Origin: an uncultured Anaerolineaceae bacterium
GTDB taxonomy: Bacteria > Chloroflexota > Anaerolineae > Anaerolineales > Anaerolineaceae
Reading direction: 5' to 3'
DNA: 64,000 nt
NCBI GenBank assembly: GCA_964391725.1
Contig: CAYMNB010000002.1
Location: 860 to 64,859, forward strand
Shown here: positions 38,811-48,876 of the stretch, piece by piece
Position numbering within the stretch: the stretch's first letter is position 1
How the letters are laid out: every line of letters begins with the position of its first letter
Translations under genes and position numbers: made by a program
The notes under the pieces: model-generated
The model's database searches: none
What the model saw: only the letters and a program-made list of their open reading frames with translations
Told to the model about the DNA's origin: nothing

Positions 38811-39330
38811 CTGGATAGAAAATCCCTCCTTCTATCAATTTACACTGTGTTTGTTGTTTCACCGCGATCAGGTGTTGATGATCGAACGCAAGAAAGAGCC
38901 CAACATTGGCCTATGGAATGGTGTAGGGGGGCATATTGAACCAGGCGAATCACCTCTCGGCTCCTGTTTGCGAGAAGTTGTGGAAGAAACGGGCATCCAT
39001 CTGTCATCTTTGCATTTTGGCGGTGTTTTGACATGGGAGAGCTGGTCGCATCCACCAGGCGGCATGTACCTTTTCTCACAATCATTGTCAGATCCTGCCT
39101 TTGTCAACTCAGACGAGGGGCTGCTTGCCTGGAAACCAGTTGGCTGGGTGATGACTTCCAACCAGGTAGTTGCGAACATTCCTGATTTCCTCCCAGATAT
39201 GAAGCAAGAAAACCTTCCCATCCGTTATCATTGTGTCTTCAACGGTGATCTGTTGCTGGAAACAAAGCGCACTTCGTTACCAGATTGGATTACCGATGAG
39301 TGGCTGAAACGGGGAAAATTTCATTTATAA
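38794..39330 (+). CDS. NUDIX hydrolase
   Basis: Nudix box GVGGHIEPGESPLGSCLREVVEETGI. Confidence 0.85.
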   Translation: MIHNNNWIENPSFYQFTLCLLFHRDQVLMIERKKEPNIGLWNGVGGHIEPGESPLGSCLREVVEETGIHLSSLHFGGVLTWESWSHPPGGMYLFSQSLSDPAFVNSDEGLLAWKPVGWVMTSNQVVANIPDFLPDMKQENLPIRYHCVFNGDLLLETKRTSLPDWITDEWLKRGKFHL

Positions 39331-39385
39331 TAAAAGCGTCGGAAGGCTCAACGCCTTCCCTAAGCGGATGATTTCATTTCCGCAT

Positions 39386-39413
39386 AAAAAAGACCGCTGG
39401 AAGGCGGTCTTTC
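39386..39413 (-). terminator. Intrinsic terminator of the NERD-like gene (minus strand)
   Basis: Hairpin AGACCGC/GCGGTCT. Read on the minus strand it is followed by TTTTTAT. A second hairpin, GGAAGGC/GCCTTCC at 39341-39359, follows the plus-strand Nudix gene. Confidence 0.6.
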
Positions 39414-39432
39414 AATATATCGCATCAAGATG

Positions 39433-40134
39433 TCATTCGACATCATTCTTTGGGAGCAAGGCCGCCAGGTTTTCCATCTGTTCTGTATCAGCAGGATCAT
39501 TTTTGGCGGTTTTGCGGATAAAGTCTTTGAATTTATCAGGGCTCAGGGTGGGAACCGGCGCATTGTTGGCGTCAACGCTGGCTTTTTCATTGACAAAAAG
39601 CAGGATGGGCTTCGCTTTAATCGTTTCTTGCAGCTTTGGGTCTACTTTTGCCAGGAATTTGTGCATGTCATTGGAAAATGCTTCAATATCGAGGTCAGGC
39701 CGCCCCAAACCTTCCTGCGCAAAGATTTTAAGGTACGTATTTCCGCCCTTTTGTTTCCAGCGTTGTTTGCCCTCGTCATATGTGATGGTGCCTGCCTGGT
39801 GGTAAGTGATGATGTTCCACACGCCAGCAGGGCCGATCAGCAGGTGCGGGACAGGTGTCAGATAATGGTACAGGGTGTAACGGTTATCGAGGCCTTTCAG
39901 TGCTGCCGTGATGACTTCATCAGGGCGGGGTGACCGTCCCCAACGGTTTCCCAGAAAAACACCTATCTGGGAGCCAAAAAAGCCAAGCGCCAGGGCCAGC
40001 AGGGCAAAGCCCATCATCCCATCCTGGAATGAGAGGTATAAACCTACTGCCAGGACAACAAGACTGCCCAGGGTGGCTACCTGTCCGATTTTGTTCCTAC
40101 GCTTAATGATTTTATGATTGACAATAACTTTCAT
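39433..40134 (-). CDS. Membrane-anchored NERD (nuclease-related domain)-like protein
   Basis: Two N-terminal TM helices, then ...LYHYLTPVPHLLIGPAGVWNIITYHQAGTI..., which resembles the NERD core (DH.LIGP.GVF.IE.K). Confidence 0.5.
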   Translation of the reverse strand: MKVIVNHKIIKRRNKIGQVATLGSLVVLAVGLYLSFQDGMMGFALLALALGFFGSQIGVFLGNRWGRSPRPDEVITAALKGLDNRYTLYHYLTPVPHLLIGPAGVWNIITYHQAGTITYDEGKQRWKQKGGNTYLKIFAQEGLGRPDLDIEAFSNDMHKFLAKVDPKLQETIKAKPILLFVNEKASVDANNAPVPTLSPDKFKDFIRKTAKNDPADTEQMENLAALLPKNDVE

Positions 40135-40159
40135 GGTGTACCTTTTCGTTGACTATTCT

Positions 40160-41155
40160 TTATTCTAAAATCTCAGCAATCACTTTTTGCATCTGTTCAA
40201 GGATGCCTGAGGCGGCCAGTTTGCTGGCACTTCGGAGCGCGCCGGCTACTGCGTCAGCATCAGAACGACCATGCCCAATGAATACCAGTCCATTGACGCC
40301 AAGCAAGGGGGCTGCCCCGATTTCATTAGGATCCAACATGCTTTTCATCGGTTTCAGGGCTGGTTTGATTAATAAGGCGCCCAGTGTTGAGATCAGATTG
40401 GTAGTGAGGGCTTCTTTCAGGAAGCCATAGATCATCAAAGCCACCGTCTCGGTGGTTTTTAGCATGATGTTTCCCGTAAATCCGTCTGTCACGAGGACAT
40501 CAACATCACCGGCAAAGGCTTCCTTAGGCTCGATGTTGCCGACGAAGTGAATAGTTGTATCGGCTTTCATCAGCGGGTGGGTCTCTTTCACAAGGGCGTT
40601 GCCTTTGCCTTCTTCTTCTCCGTTTGCCAACAATCCCACCCGTGGTTGCGCGATGTGAAGATACTTTTGGGCATAGACTGAACCCATTTTAGCAAATTGC
40701 ACTAAATGTTCGGGGCGGCATTCGACATTGGCGCCGTTGTCGATGACGATGAATTTACTTCCGTTCCGGGCTGGCAGCGGTACAGCCAATGCCGGGCGAA
40801 TGCCGCGCACGCGCAGAATTCGTGAGGCGTTGAACATGGCGGCCCCAGAGTTTCCCATGGTAACGAAGGCTGCGCCTTCGCCTTTTTCCAGCAGATGCAT
40901 GCCGACTGCCATGGAATTATCTGGCTTTTTGCGGGTTGCTTCGACTGGTTTGTCAGTCATTTCGAGGACTTGTGAAGCATTGTGAATGGTGATCGGTAGA
41001 TTGGCACCGCCAGCCGCGTGCAATTTGGGCTGCAATACCGCCTCGTTGCCGACCAGAATTACTTCAATACCGTCCGATTGGGCTGCCATTACCGCACCAC
41101 TTATTTCAGGGTCGGGAAAATTGTCAGTTCCCATGGCATCAAGTATGATCTTCAT
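40160..41155 (-). CDS. plsX: Phosphate acyltransferase PlsX
   Basis: MKIILDAMGTDNFP... and GFTGNIMLKT are present, and the length is typical of PlsX. Start taken at ATG 41155 (ORF opens at 41242). Confidence 0.92.
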   Translation of the reverse strand: MKIILDAMGTDNFPDPEISGAVMAAQSDGIEVILVGNEAVLQPKLHAAGGANLPITIHNASQVLEMTDKPVEATRKKPDNSMAVGMHLLEKGEGAAFVTMGNSGAAMFNASRILRVRGIRPALAVPLPARNGSKFIVIDNGANVECRPEHLVQFAKMGSVYAQKYLHIAQPRVGLLANGEEEGKGNALVKETHPLMKADTTIHFVGNIEPKEAFAGDVDVLVTDGFTGNIMLKTTETVALMIYGFLKEALTTNLISTLGALLIKPALKPMKSMLDPNEIGAAPLLGVNGLVFIGHGRSDADAVAGALRSASKLAASGILEQMQKVIAEILE

Positions 41156-41262
41156 GATTGTTTCCTCTTCCTGCTTGTTGATTTTATTGATTGTACTCGA
41201 TTCTGAAAAAGAGAAACGGCGGTGTGTCAATCTGCCAAACAATCACTCCCATGAAGTCAGGG

Positions 41263-41290
41263 TTGACAGATAAATAAGGCAGTTTATAAT
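41263..41290 (+). promoter_or_regulatory. Consensus sigma70-type promoter for tRNA-Leu
   Basis: TTGACA (41263-41268), a 16-bp spacer, then TATAAT (41285-41290). It lies 25 nt upstream of the tRNA 5' end. Confidence 0.65.
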
Positions 41291-41314
41291 ACATTCTACG
41301 CCTAAGGGCTATGA

Positions 41315-41396
41315 GCGCTTGTGCTGGAATAGGCAGACAGGCTTGGTTGAGGGCCAAGTGCCGCAAGGCGTGTGGGTTCGACTCCCACCAAGCGCA
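41315..41396 (+). tRNA. tRNA-Leu, anticodon GAG (class II, long variable arm; CCA not encoded)
   Basis: Acceptor stem GCGCTTG/CAAGCGC with discriminator A. The anticodon stem CTTGG/CCAAG carries loop TT-GAG-GG. The variable arm is TGCCGCAAGGCG. The T arm is GTGGG-TTCGACT-CCCAC. Confidence 0.9.
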
Positions 41397-41400
41397 TTCA

Positions 41401-41428
41401 AAGAGAACCGACTTGTGGTTCTTTTTGT
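41401..41428 (+). terminator. Intrinsic terminator after tRNA-Leu
   Basis: Hairpin AGAACC/GGTTCT followed by TTTTTGTT. Confidence 0.7.
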
Positions 41429-41451
41429 TATTAATGACCAATTGAATTATT

Positions 41452-42654
41452 ATGGTTTTGGTAGCAAAGCGAGGTGTAGATTTGAGTAAAGCGGTGATTT
41501 TTGGGGCAGGGAATATTGGACGTGGATTTATTGGGCAGTTGTTCTCCGAATCGGGTTATGAGGTTTGCTTTGTTGATATTGACGTTGAATTGATTGACAG
41601 ACTGAACAACGACCGGGCCTACCCTCTGCATCTGGTTTCGAATCATGGACAGGTACAATTGGTCATTGCGCCAGTTTCAGCGGTCCATGCAGGGAAGGTG
41701 AGTCAGGTGGTTGATGTTTTAAGAGGCTGCACGTTGGGAGCAACGGCGGTTGGCGTGAGAGCTCTTCCCCATGTTGCCCCCGTGATCGCAAACGCTGTGC
41801 AGCAGCGCCTGGTAGGCGATATAGACCTGCCATTGAACCTTATCATTTGCGAAAATCGCCAAAATGCCGGCGCGTACCTGCGATCTTTGGTATATGAGCA
41901 TTTATCTGAGGAAGAAAAAGAGTATGCGGATAGGTTCCTCGGCCTGGTCGATACAGTGATTGGCAGGATGGTACCGCCATTGCCAGAAGATTTACGGGTG
42001 GAAGAGCCCACACTTATTCGCGCCGAACCCTATAAACAGTTGCCTGTGGCAAAAAATATGTTTCGCGGCACTATTCCTGACGTTGTATCCATGCAAGCCG
42101 AAGATAATTTTGAGGCATTTACCGCGATGAAGTTGTTCATTCACAATGCCGGGCATGCCGCTTTGGCGTATTTTGGTTTTTTACTGGGATACCAGTACGG
42201 ATGGGAGGCATTGGAAAATGCGGACATTTATACAGATGTCCGGGGTGTGATGCAAGAATCGAGTGAAGCGATATCAAAGAAGTATCATATCGATCCAGTT
42301 GCGCTCGATGCTTATTCCCAGGAATTGATCCAGCGTTTTCAGAACAAAGCTCTGGGTGATACGTTATTTCGATTGGGGCGGGATCCCATGAGGAAACTTT
42401 CCCCAGAGGATCGCCTGGTGGGGGCTGCCAGGCTGGTTGAGGAAGTTGGCAATATTCCACGCTTTCTCCCCAAAGCGATAGCTGCCGGCTATCACTTCCA
42501 TCATCCTCAAGATGAGATTTCACTCGAAGTTCATGGGCTGATTAACTCCCTTGGCATTGAAGGCGCGATTCAGAAAATCAGCGGTATTTCGCCCAACGAA
42601 ACCCTTGGCCAATGGGTCTTGCAGGCTTATAACCATCAAACAATGTCCTTCTGA
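41452..42654 (+). CDS. mtlD: Mannitol-1-phosphate 5-dehydrogenase
   Basis: AVIFGAGNIGRGFIGQLF closely matches the E. coli MtlD N-terminus (HFGAGNIGRGFIGKLL). The size is also similar. Confidence 0.85.
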   Translation: MVLVAKRGVDLSKAVIFGAGNIGRGFIGQLFSESGYEVCFVDIDVELIDRLNNDRAYPLHLVSNHGQVQLVIAPVSAVHAGKVSQVVDVLRGCTLGATAVGVRALPHVAPVIANAVQQRLVGDIDLPLNLIICENRQNAGAYLRSLVYEHLSEEEKEYADRFLGLVDTVIGRMVPPLPEDLRVEEPTLIRAEPYKQLPVAKNMFRGTIPDVVSMQAEDNFEAFTAMKLFIHNAGHAALAYFGFLLGYQYGWEALENADIYTDVRGVMQESSEAISKKYHIDPVALDAYSQELIQRFQNKALGDTLFRLGRDPMRKLSPEDRLVGAARLVEEVGNIPRFLPKAIAAGYHFHHPQDEISLEVHGLINSLGIEGAIQKISGISPNETLGQWVLQAYNHQTMSF

Positions 42655-42726
42655 TGAGTGATAGTATAATTTCATCTGGTATGATGGGTGGTAGGATAGA
42701 AGCGTTTGTTATGGTGTAACAGAGTT

Positions 42727-43656
42727 ATGAATAAATTCCCAAAAGAGTTATTGTCATTGGCTGTAATTGTGTTTACCGCAGTCGCACTATCTGCCCCATT
42801 GGATGTGCAGTCTGTATTTGCTTTAGATTATGGACCGCAACAGGTGATCAATGCTGTGAACGAAATTCGTTCGCAATATGATTTGCCGCCATATGATGTA
42901 AGCCAAGCTTTGATGGATATTGCACAGCAGCAAGCCAATTACATGGCTGAGATTGGGCGATTGACCCATGATAGGCCTGATGGTTCGGGTGTACCGACCA
43001 CAGCTGAAAATATCGCTTATGGGCCTGTAAATCTAGCGATTGCATCCTGGATCGACGACCAGTTACATTTTGACACACTCACGGGCTGGTCAACAGGACA
43101 GGTGGGTGTGGGGATTGCTGAAGGGGATGAAGGGTTGGTGTATATCAGCCTTAATTTGAACCGTTATGGCGATTCGGTGTTCACCTCTATACCCTTTACC
43201 TTACAACCGGGTGTTACCCCCGGGCCGGTTCCCACCCCGGCGTCAGTGACTGTTATTACATCTGCTGATGCAACAACAGATGATCAAAGTGATGCAGAAG
43301 TAGAACAGCGAGCGGAAGTTGCTTACGTCCTGCCTGAAGAAGAGCGCAGAGAAAATTATCCCGTGGTATCTGATAAACCTGTTTTATTGATAATGCCTGA
43401 ACAACAAGGTAAGGCTTTAGAAAGTGACAACCGCAGTGAAACCACCGCTTACATCCTGGTTGGTGTGGGCGCGTTGGGTGTGATTGTTTCATTCATAGGG
43501 CTGATATATGCTTTGCGCATGATGGGTGCCAATCGAAAGGCAATCACCGAGTCGCAGGTGGTTATCGAATCTGCTGGTAAACAGAAAATGAGAAAATCTG
43601 AGCCAGGCGACACCAGCAGTTCACAGGAAATTCCCCAAGAAGCACAGGAAGAATAA
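42727..43656 (+). CDS. CAP/SCP (PR-1-like) domain protein with signal peptide and C-terminal TM anchor
   Basis: The CAP-like region is NAVNEIRSQYDLPPY...AQQQANYMA...LTHD...AENIAY. Then come a Pro/Thr linker, an acidic region and the TM segment AYILVGVGALGVIVSFIGLIYAL. Confidence 0.6.
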   Translation: MNKFPKELLSLAVIVFTAVALSAPLDVQSVFALDYGPQQVINAVNEIRSQYDLPPYDVSQALMDIAQQQANYMAEIGRLTHDRPDGSGVPTTAENIAYGPVNLAIASWIDDQLHFDTLTGWSTGQVGVGIAEGDEGLVYISLNLNRYGDSVFTSIPFTLQPGVTPGPVPTPASVTVITSADATTDDQSDAEVEQRAEVAYVLPEEERRENYPVVSDKPVLLIMPEQQGKALESDNRSETTAYILVGVGALGVIVSFIGLIYALRMMGANRKAITESQVVIESAGKQKMRKSEPGDTSSSQEIPQEAQEE

Positions 43657-44457
43657 TCAATCATCCCAATGAAAAAGCCGTTCGGCATTTTGGGCGGTTT
43701 GTTTTTCCACGAATTCGACTGGGAGTTGTTTTAATTCCGCAATCTTGGCTGCGACCAGAGGAATATAGGCAGGTTCGTTGCGCTGGCCACGATGGGGATG
43801 CGGGGCGAGGAAGGGTGCATCTGTTTCGGTAACGATGGATTCGAGGGGTAAATCGGCAACGATTTCCTGGCGGTTTTTTGCATTTTTGAAGGTTACAGGA
43901 CCCCCGACGCCTATGAGAAAGTGATGTTCTATAGCTATCTCAGCTTCTTCCAATGAGCCCGGGAATGCATGCAGAATGCCGGGTGTTAAAGCCTGAGGGT
44001 GGTTATTCTTTTCCAATTGCTTCTGCCATTGAATTATCATATCAAAGGTATCGGCTATTGATTCGCGGATGTGGACGATGACGGGCAGACCCAGATCTGT
44101 TGCCAATTGTAATTGGCTGGCAAATGCTTCTTTTTGCTGCTGAGGGGCAACTTGATCGCGGTAATAATCCAAACCGATTTCGCCAATTGCCCGTATCTTA
44201 TTACTTTGTGTTGCGAAATTTTTCAAAGTTTCAATGGTATCGGTGTTCCATTGATCGGCATCATTGGGATGGATGCCAATTGCCGCATAACATGTATCGC
44301 AGGTTTCAGCTATCTGGATGGCTTTGCGACAGGCAGCCAGATCAATGCCGGGAATCATGACTCGTCTGACATTCTGTGCGGTGGCGCGAGTGATGACTTC
44401 CGTAAGGTCGTTGTCGAAACTGTGGTAATTGAGGTGGCAATGTGTGTCGGTAAACAT
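43657..44457 (-). CDS. TatD-family metal-dependent hydrolase/DNase
   Basis: MFTDTHCHL at the N-terminus, then GEIGLDY, HIRE and ETDAPFL. ATG 44457 is preferred because the upstream part of the ORF contains the terminator of the preceding gene. Confidence 0.88.
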   Translation of the reverse strand: MFTDTHCHLNYHSFDNDLTEVITRATAQNVRRVMIPGIDLAACRKAIQIAETCDTCYAAIGIHPNDADQWNTDTIETLKNFATQSNKIRAIGEIGLDYYRDQVAPQQQKEAFASQLQLATDLGLPVIVHIRESIADTFDMIIQWQKQLEKNNHPQALTPGILHAFPGSLEEAEIAIEHHFLIGVGGPVTFKNAKNRQEIVADLPLESIVTETDAPFLAPHPHRGQRNEPAYIPLVAAKIAELKQLPVEFVEKQTAQNAERLFHWDD

Positions 44458-44469
44458 GGAGTTAAAATA

Positions 44470-44498
44470 AGCAGGAACAGTTGAACTCTGTTCCTGCT
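44470..44498 (-). terminator. Intrinsic terminator after the phosphohexomutase gene
   Basis: An 11-bp perfect stem AGCAGGAACAG/CTGTTCCTGCT. On the minus strand it is followed by TATTTT. Confidence 0.6.
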
Positions 44499-44514
44499 GT
44501 CTTTTTGTCAAATA

Positions 44515-45936
44515 CTAGTCGATCCCGGCAATCTTCAATCCATCTTGCAGAATTGCCTGCACTTTATCTTCATGCAGAGTTTCGGTATAAACACGGATAA
44601 CGGGTTCCGTGCCAGAGAAACGGATCAGCATCCAGCCGCCGTCCTCTAAATTAAACTTGAATCCGTCAGTTGTATCCAGGCTTATTACTTTTAAACCGCC
44701 GATGGCGGCAGGATTGGCTCGGCGGATGCGGTCCTTCTTTTCTTCGGAATCACCGGTGAAGCGCGTATCAATGCGGTCGTAGTAATGCGCACCTACCAGG
44801 CTATAAAGCCTGTCGATGAGTTGTGATGGTTTCAGGTTGGTCTTCACCATCATGTCAAGGAAGTATAGGCCGGCAAGAATGCCGTCACGTTCAGGCACAT
44901 TGCCCTTGAAGGCGTAGCCGCCTGACTCCTCACCACCAATAATGGCGTTGGTTTCAGTGAACTTCGGGGCGACATATTTGAAGCCCACGCCGGTTTCATA
45001 GATGGGTACGTCATAGAGTTTGGCAAGTTTGATCAACATGTTGGTGGTGGATAACGTTTTTACAATGGGACCACGTTCGCCGCGCACTTCCAACAAGTAG
45101 TAAGCGAGCAGTGCGTATGCCTGCAGCTGATTGATGAAAACGCCATTTTCATCGCCAAACCCGACCCGGTCCGCGTCACCGTCATTGATCAACAACACAT
45201 CCGCACCTATTTCGGTGGTTTTTTTCAATCCAACATCAACATTGGGCGGGATGGGCTCGGGACGGATCATTTCCGGGAACATGGGATTGCGATCGGCATG
45301 AATCTCGATTACCTCGGTTTTTCCGCCGCCGATCATTTTGGGGAACCAACCAGCTCCGTTGCCCCACATGGGATCAACGAGTACTTTCAAGCCAGCGTCT
45401 TTGATAGGCTGAAGGTCAATCAGTGATTTGATATGTTCGATGTAATTGATGGAAGCATCAAACACCTCAATCTGACCTGCTTCGACCGCTTGCTGATAAG
45501 GAGTTGTGATTACTTTTGAGGCTGAATCTGGGATGAGGTCCTCAATCAATTGCAATCCTTCTGGAGCGATGGCACCGCCGGTGGCATCGCGTACTTTAAA
45601 GCCATTATCAGTGGGGGGGTTGTGCGAGGCGGTTATATTAACACCACCAGCTGATTTTGAATCAACAATGGCGTATGAAATGACGGGGGTTGGGGTGGGG
45701 GCGCTTGTCAGCAGGATCTTGAACCCATTGGCAGCCAGCACGCTGGCTACTGTTTGTGCAAATTCTTCTGCCAGAAACCGGCAGTCGTGACCGACCACAA
45801 GAGTTTCACCGGTTTTTCCCAGTGAATTCATGTAGTTGGCAAAACCCTGCGCACAGCGTTGTATATTTTCAAAAGTGTAATCTTTGGCAAGGAATGCGCG
45901 CCAACCATCGGTGCCGAATTTTATTCTATACGTCAT
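44515..45936 (-). CDS. Phosphoglucomutase/phosphomannomutase-family alpha-D-phosphohexomutase
   Basis: Active-site serine loop [11 protein letters not shown], metal loop NDGDADR, and sugar loop GGEESGG. Confidence 0.88.
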   Translation of the reverse strand: MTYRIKFGTDGWRAFLAKDYTFENIQRCAQGFANYMNSLGKTGETLVVGHDCRFLAEEFAQTVASVLAANGFKILLTSAPTPTPVISYAIVDSKSAGGVNITASHNPPTDNGFKVRDATGGAIAPEGLQLIEDLIPDSASKVITTPYQQAVEAGQIEVFDASINYIEHIKSLIDLQPIKDAGLKVLVDPMWGNGAGWFPKMIGGGKTEVIEIHADRNPMFPEMIRPEPIPPNVDVGLKKTTEIGADVLLINDGDADRVGFGDENGVFINQLQAYALLAYYLLEVRGERGPIVKTLSTTNMLIKLAKLYDVPIYETGVGFKYVAPKFTETNAIIGGEESGGYAFKGNVPERDGILAGLYFLDMMVKTNLKPSQLIDRLYSLVGAHYYDRIDTRFTGDSEEKKDRIRRANPAAIGGLKVISLDTTDGFKFNLEDGGWMLIRFSGTEPVIRVYTETLHEDKVQAILQDGLKIAGID

Positions 45937-46033
45937 TTTGTCCTCCGTAGGGTGAGATTGAATGAACCCAAGTCAGTGTATTATTAATGGAATCATTGTT
46001 GAAAATGATTACTGATTCAAGTATAGTACAACA

Positions 46034-47125
46034 ATGCCCATGAATCAAAAGAAAACCAGAAAGGCGGCGCAATTGGAATCGGTATTGGTAGGGATGAGCG
46101 GTGGTGTGGATAGTACGGTTGCCGCATTTCTCTTAAAACAGGCGGGATATAACGTAAAAGGGGCAATGCTGCGCATGTGGAAGGCAACCAATCCGGATGA
46201 AGACTGGTATCAGAAACAGGAATCGCTGGTTGCTGAGGCGGCAGCTGCCATCGGTATTAGGTTTGATGTCCTCGATGCGCGTAAAGAATTCCAGCAGCGA
46301 GTAGTGGCTTACTTCGCTGAAGGATATGCTGCTGGTGTTACACCCAACCCCTGTTTCTATTGCAACCGAGAATTAAAGTTTGCCGTTCTGCAAGAGTATG
46401 CCGATCAAGAGGGCATTCAATGGATTTCAAGCGGCCATTATGCGCGGGTATTGCATGAAGATGATCAGGTGCGTTTATTGCGGGGGATTGACCCCCAAAA
46501 AGACCAGGCTTATATGCTGGCAAGTTTGGAGAAACCTCAACTTAGACGATTGCTGCTCCCGATGGGCAGCCTTACAAAAGTAGAAACCCGCCAAATTGCC
46601 AGACAGCAAGGCTTTCGGGCCGCGGATACTGATGAAAGCCAGGACGTTTGTTTTCTGCCTGAAGGCGATTATGTCACATTCCTGAGGCAATATAGGGAGT
46701 ATGTGGTGCAGCCAGGAGATATTGTCAATCAAGAGGGCGAAGTAGTAGGGCAGCATCAGGGATTGGCTTTTTACACAATCGGGCAGCGTAAAGGGCTTGG
46801 CATTTATGCACCTAAACCAACCTATGTTATTGCCAAAGATATAGCCAACAACCGCTTGATCGTTGGCAATCAGGAAGCTTTGGGGAATGATAGTTTTCAG
46901 GTATCACAGTTGAATTGGCTCGCTGTTAATGAAGATCAATTTCCTCTCGAATGCGATGTGGAGATCCGCTATCATGCACGACCGATTCGGGCGGAAGTAT
47001 CTTCCATTGCATCTGGAAAGGCGAAGGTGCGGTTGAAGAAAAAAGCCCGTGACATCACGCCTGGACAGGCATCTGTTTTTTATGAGGGCGACGAAGTCCT
47101 GGGTTCTGGCATAATTGATATATAA
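46034..47125 (+). CDS. mnmA: tRNA 2-thiouridine(34) synthase MnmA
   Basis: PP-loop VGMSGGVDS, NPCFYCN, and the typical C-terminal barrel region. Confidence 0.92.
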   Translation: MPMNQKKTRKAAQLESVLVGMSGGVDSTVAAFLLKQAGYNVKGAMLRMWKATNPDEDWYQKQESLVAEAAAAIGIRFDVLDARKEFQQRVVAYFAEGYAAGVTPNPCFYCNRELKFAVLQEYADQEGIQWISSGHYARVLHEDDQVRLLRGIDPQKDQAYMLASLEKPQLRRLLLPMGSLTKVETRQIARQQGFRAADTDESQDVCFLPEGDYVTFLRQYREYVVQPGDIVNQEGEVVGQHQGLAFYTIGQRKGLGIYAPKPTYVIAKDIANNRLIVGNQEALGNDSFQVSQLNWLAVNEDQFPLECDVEIRYHARPIRAEVSSIASGKAKVRLKKKARDITPGQASVFYEGDEVLGSGIIDI

Positions 47126-47149
47126 TCATGGCGGAGAGGAAACTTACGT

Positions 47150-47419
47150 GTGTTTAATTTGACCTTACCCAGCATATTATTTGGATCTATTGTTGCCATT
47201 TTGCTGGCAGCCATTTTTCACATCATTCGCGGCGGCAATTGGAAAGTTCTTCTGCTTGCCCTGATCGCATCTTTCTTGGGATTTTGGTTTGGTCATTTTC
47301 TCGGTTTTGTGATCCGTCTGACTACCATCCAGTTGGGTCCCATATACATAATACACGCGTTGATCGGCAGTCTGATCGCGCTGCTGTTTGTTTTTTGGCT
47401 CAGCCAGGGTGAAAAGTAA
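47150..47419 (+). CDS. Small integral membrane protein, unknown function
   Basis: Three hydrophobic helices. GTG start. No motif recognised. Confidence 0.4.
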   Translation: MFNLTLPSILFGSIVAILLAAIFHIIRGGNWKVLLLALIASFLGFWFGHFLGFVIRLTTIQLGPIYIIHALIGSLIALLFVFWLSQGEK

Positions 47420-47440
47420 GAGAGAAGGGACAACAATTAT

Positions 47441-48280
47441 ATGACATGGACTTTACACGGAACTCACGCCAAAGAAGGCGATCTGGTGCAATTGGTTGGA
47501 CTCAGCCATAAACATTTTTTGATCACACTCAAAGCAGGGTCCACCATGCAGACCCATCGCGGGGTAGTCGCTCACGATGATATTATCGGGAAGCCCTGGG
47601 GCAGCAAAATCCAATCACACCTTGAACGGCCTTTCTTTCTGTTACAGCCCAGCATTGCCGATCTACTGAGCGAGTTGCCAAGATCCACCCAGATCATGTA
47701 CCCGAAAGATGTCGGGTTTGTCCTGATGACAATGGGGATCGGACCGGGGCAGCATATTCTTGAAGCAGGCACCGGATCGGGCGGGCTGACCAGTGTTTTC
47801 GCCTATTATGTGGGTGATTCTGGCAGAATTTTCACTTACGAACGCAATGAGCAACACCAGGCGCGCGCGAAGAAAAATGTCGAGATGCTGGGATTAACCG
47901 ATCGGGTTGTGTTCCATACCGCTGATATTGAGAGTGGTTTTGAAGAGACTGATGTGGATGCTATCTTTTTGGATGTGCCCAACCCATATGACTTTATTGC
48001 CCATGTTAAAGACACTTTGAAAAGCGGTGGTTTTTTCGGCAGTATTCTGCCTACCACCAATCAGGTATCCAAACTGGTAAGTGAATTGCGTACGCATGGG
48101 TTTCAGTATATCCAGGTGGTGGAGACCTTTTTCCGGTACTATAAGCCGGAGCCTGACCGTTTGCGACCTGTGGATCGCATGGTGGCACACACAGGCTTTT
48201 TGATCTTTGCCCGCAACATGGTTTTTCAGGGCGATGACGAAGGCATATTCAATGATTCTGAAGAACCATCAAACAATTGA
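47441..48280 (+). CDS. trmI: tRNA (adenine-N1)-methyltransferase TrmI/GCD14 family
   Basis: N-terminal beta domain (GDLVQLV...HFLITLKAG...THRGVVAHDDIIG), SAM motif ILEAGTGSGGLT, and FLDVPNP. Confidence 0.85.
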   Translation: MTWTLHGTHAKEGDLVQLVGLSHKHFLITLKAGSTMQTHRGVVAHDDIIGKPWGSKIQSHLERPFFLLQPSIADLLSELPRSTQIMYPKDVGFVLMTMGIGPGQHILEAGTGSGGLTSVFAYYVGDSGRIFTYERNEQHQARAKKNVEMLGLTDRVVFHTADIESGFEETDVDAIFLDVPNPYDFIAHVKDTLKSGGFFGSILPTTNQVSKLVSELRTHGFQYIQVVETFFRYYKPEPDRLRPVDRMVAHTGFLIFARNMVFQGDDEGIFNDSEEPSNN

Positions 48281-48876
48281 GTGATTTGAAGAAAATTGTG
48301 ATTATAGATCCTGTTAAAGTAAAACAACTCATGGCTTTGGCGAACCTGAAACAGGATGAGGTTTCAGGTGGACAACCGGCAGGGGTTTTGATGCCACTGC
48401 TCCGGTGCAATGGTGAAACCTGCTTGCTTTTCACACGCCGCTCAGAAAAGGTATTAAATCACAAGGGCCAGGTGGCGTTTCCAGGCGGGGCAGCAGAACC
48501 CTTTGATGAATCCATTGTTGCAACGGCTTTGCGTGAGGCACAAGAAGAGATCGCGCTGCCGCCGAACCAGGTTGAGATTTTGGGGATTATGCCTGCTCTG
48601 GTGTCTACCAGTCGTTTCCATGTGACACCGGTGGTGGGATGGATTCATGGTGAATTTGAGATCATGCCCAACCCCGATGAGGTAGCACGGGTATTTGTGA
48701 TTCCGGTGAAATGGTTGCGTGATCCTGCCAATGTCGAATATCGCACTCTGGAAACACCCTGGGAACGGCATGAGAATGTCGTTTTTTACCAACCGTATGA
48801 TGATGAAGTGGTTTGGGGCTTCACCGGAGCATTAACTGTGCAGTTTTTAAAATTAATTCAAGTGTTCGGCGGTTAA
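48277..48876 (+). CDS. NUDIX CoA pyrophosphatase (NudL-like)
   Basis: The CoA-specific motif [22 protein letters not shown] is followed by the Nudix box ...[11 protein letters not shown]. The start codon is uncertain (TTG 48277 overlaps the trmI stop). Confidence 0.8.
   Translation: MSDLKKIVIIDPVKVKQLMALANLKQDEVSGGQPAGVLMPLLRCNGETCLLFTRRSEKVLNHKGQVAFPGGAAEPFDESIVATALREAQEEIALPPNQVEILGIMPALVSTSRFHVTPVVGWIHGEFEIMPNPDEVARVFVIPVKWLRDPANVEYRTLETPWERHENVVFYQPYDDEVVWGFTGALTVQFLKLIQVFGG

Noticed and set aside
41156-41451. tRNA-Leu as a possible integration hotspot or genomic-island border.
   Set aside because: No integrase is present. I saw no direct repeat of the tRNA 3' end downstream. The flanking genes (plsX, mtlD) are housekeeping-type, and the tRNA has its own promoter and terminator.
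48873-48876. Convergent genes (CoA-Nudix and glpK) share the tetranucleotide TTAA as overlapping stop codons, with no terminator between them.
   Set aside because: It is real in the sequence, but such 3' overlaps are common in compact genomes. Nothing further is supported without transcript data.
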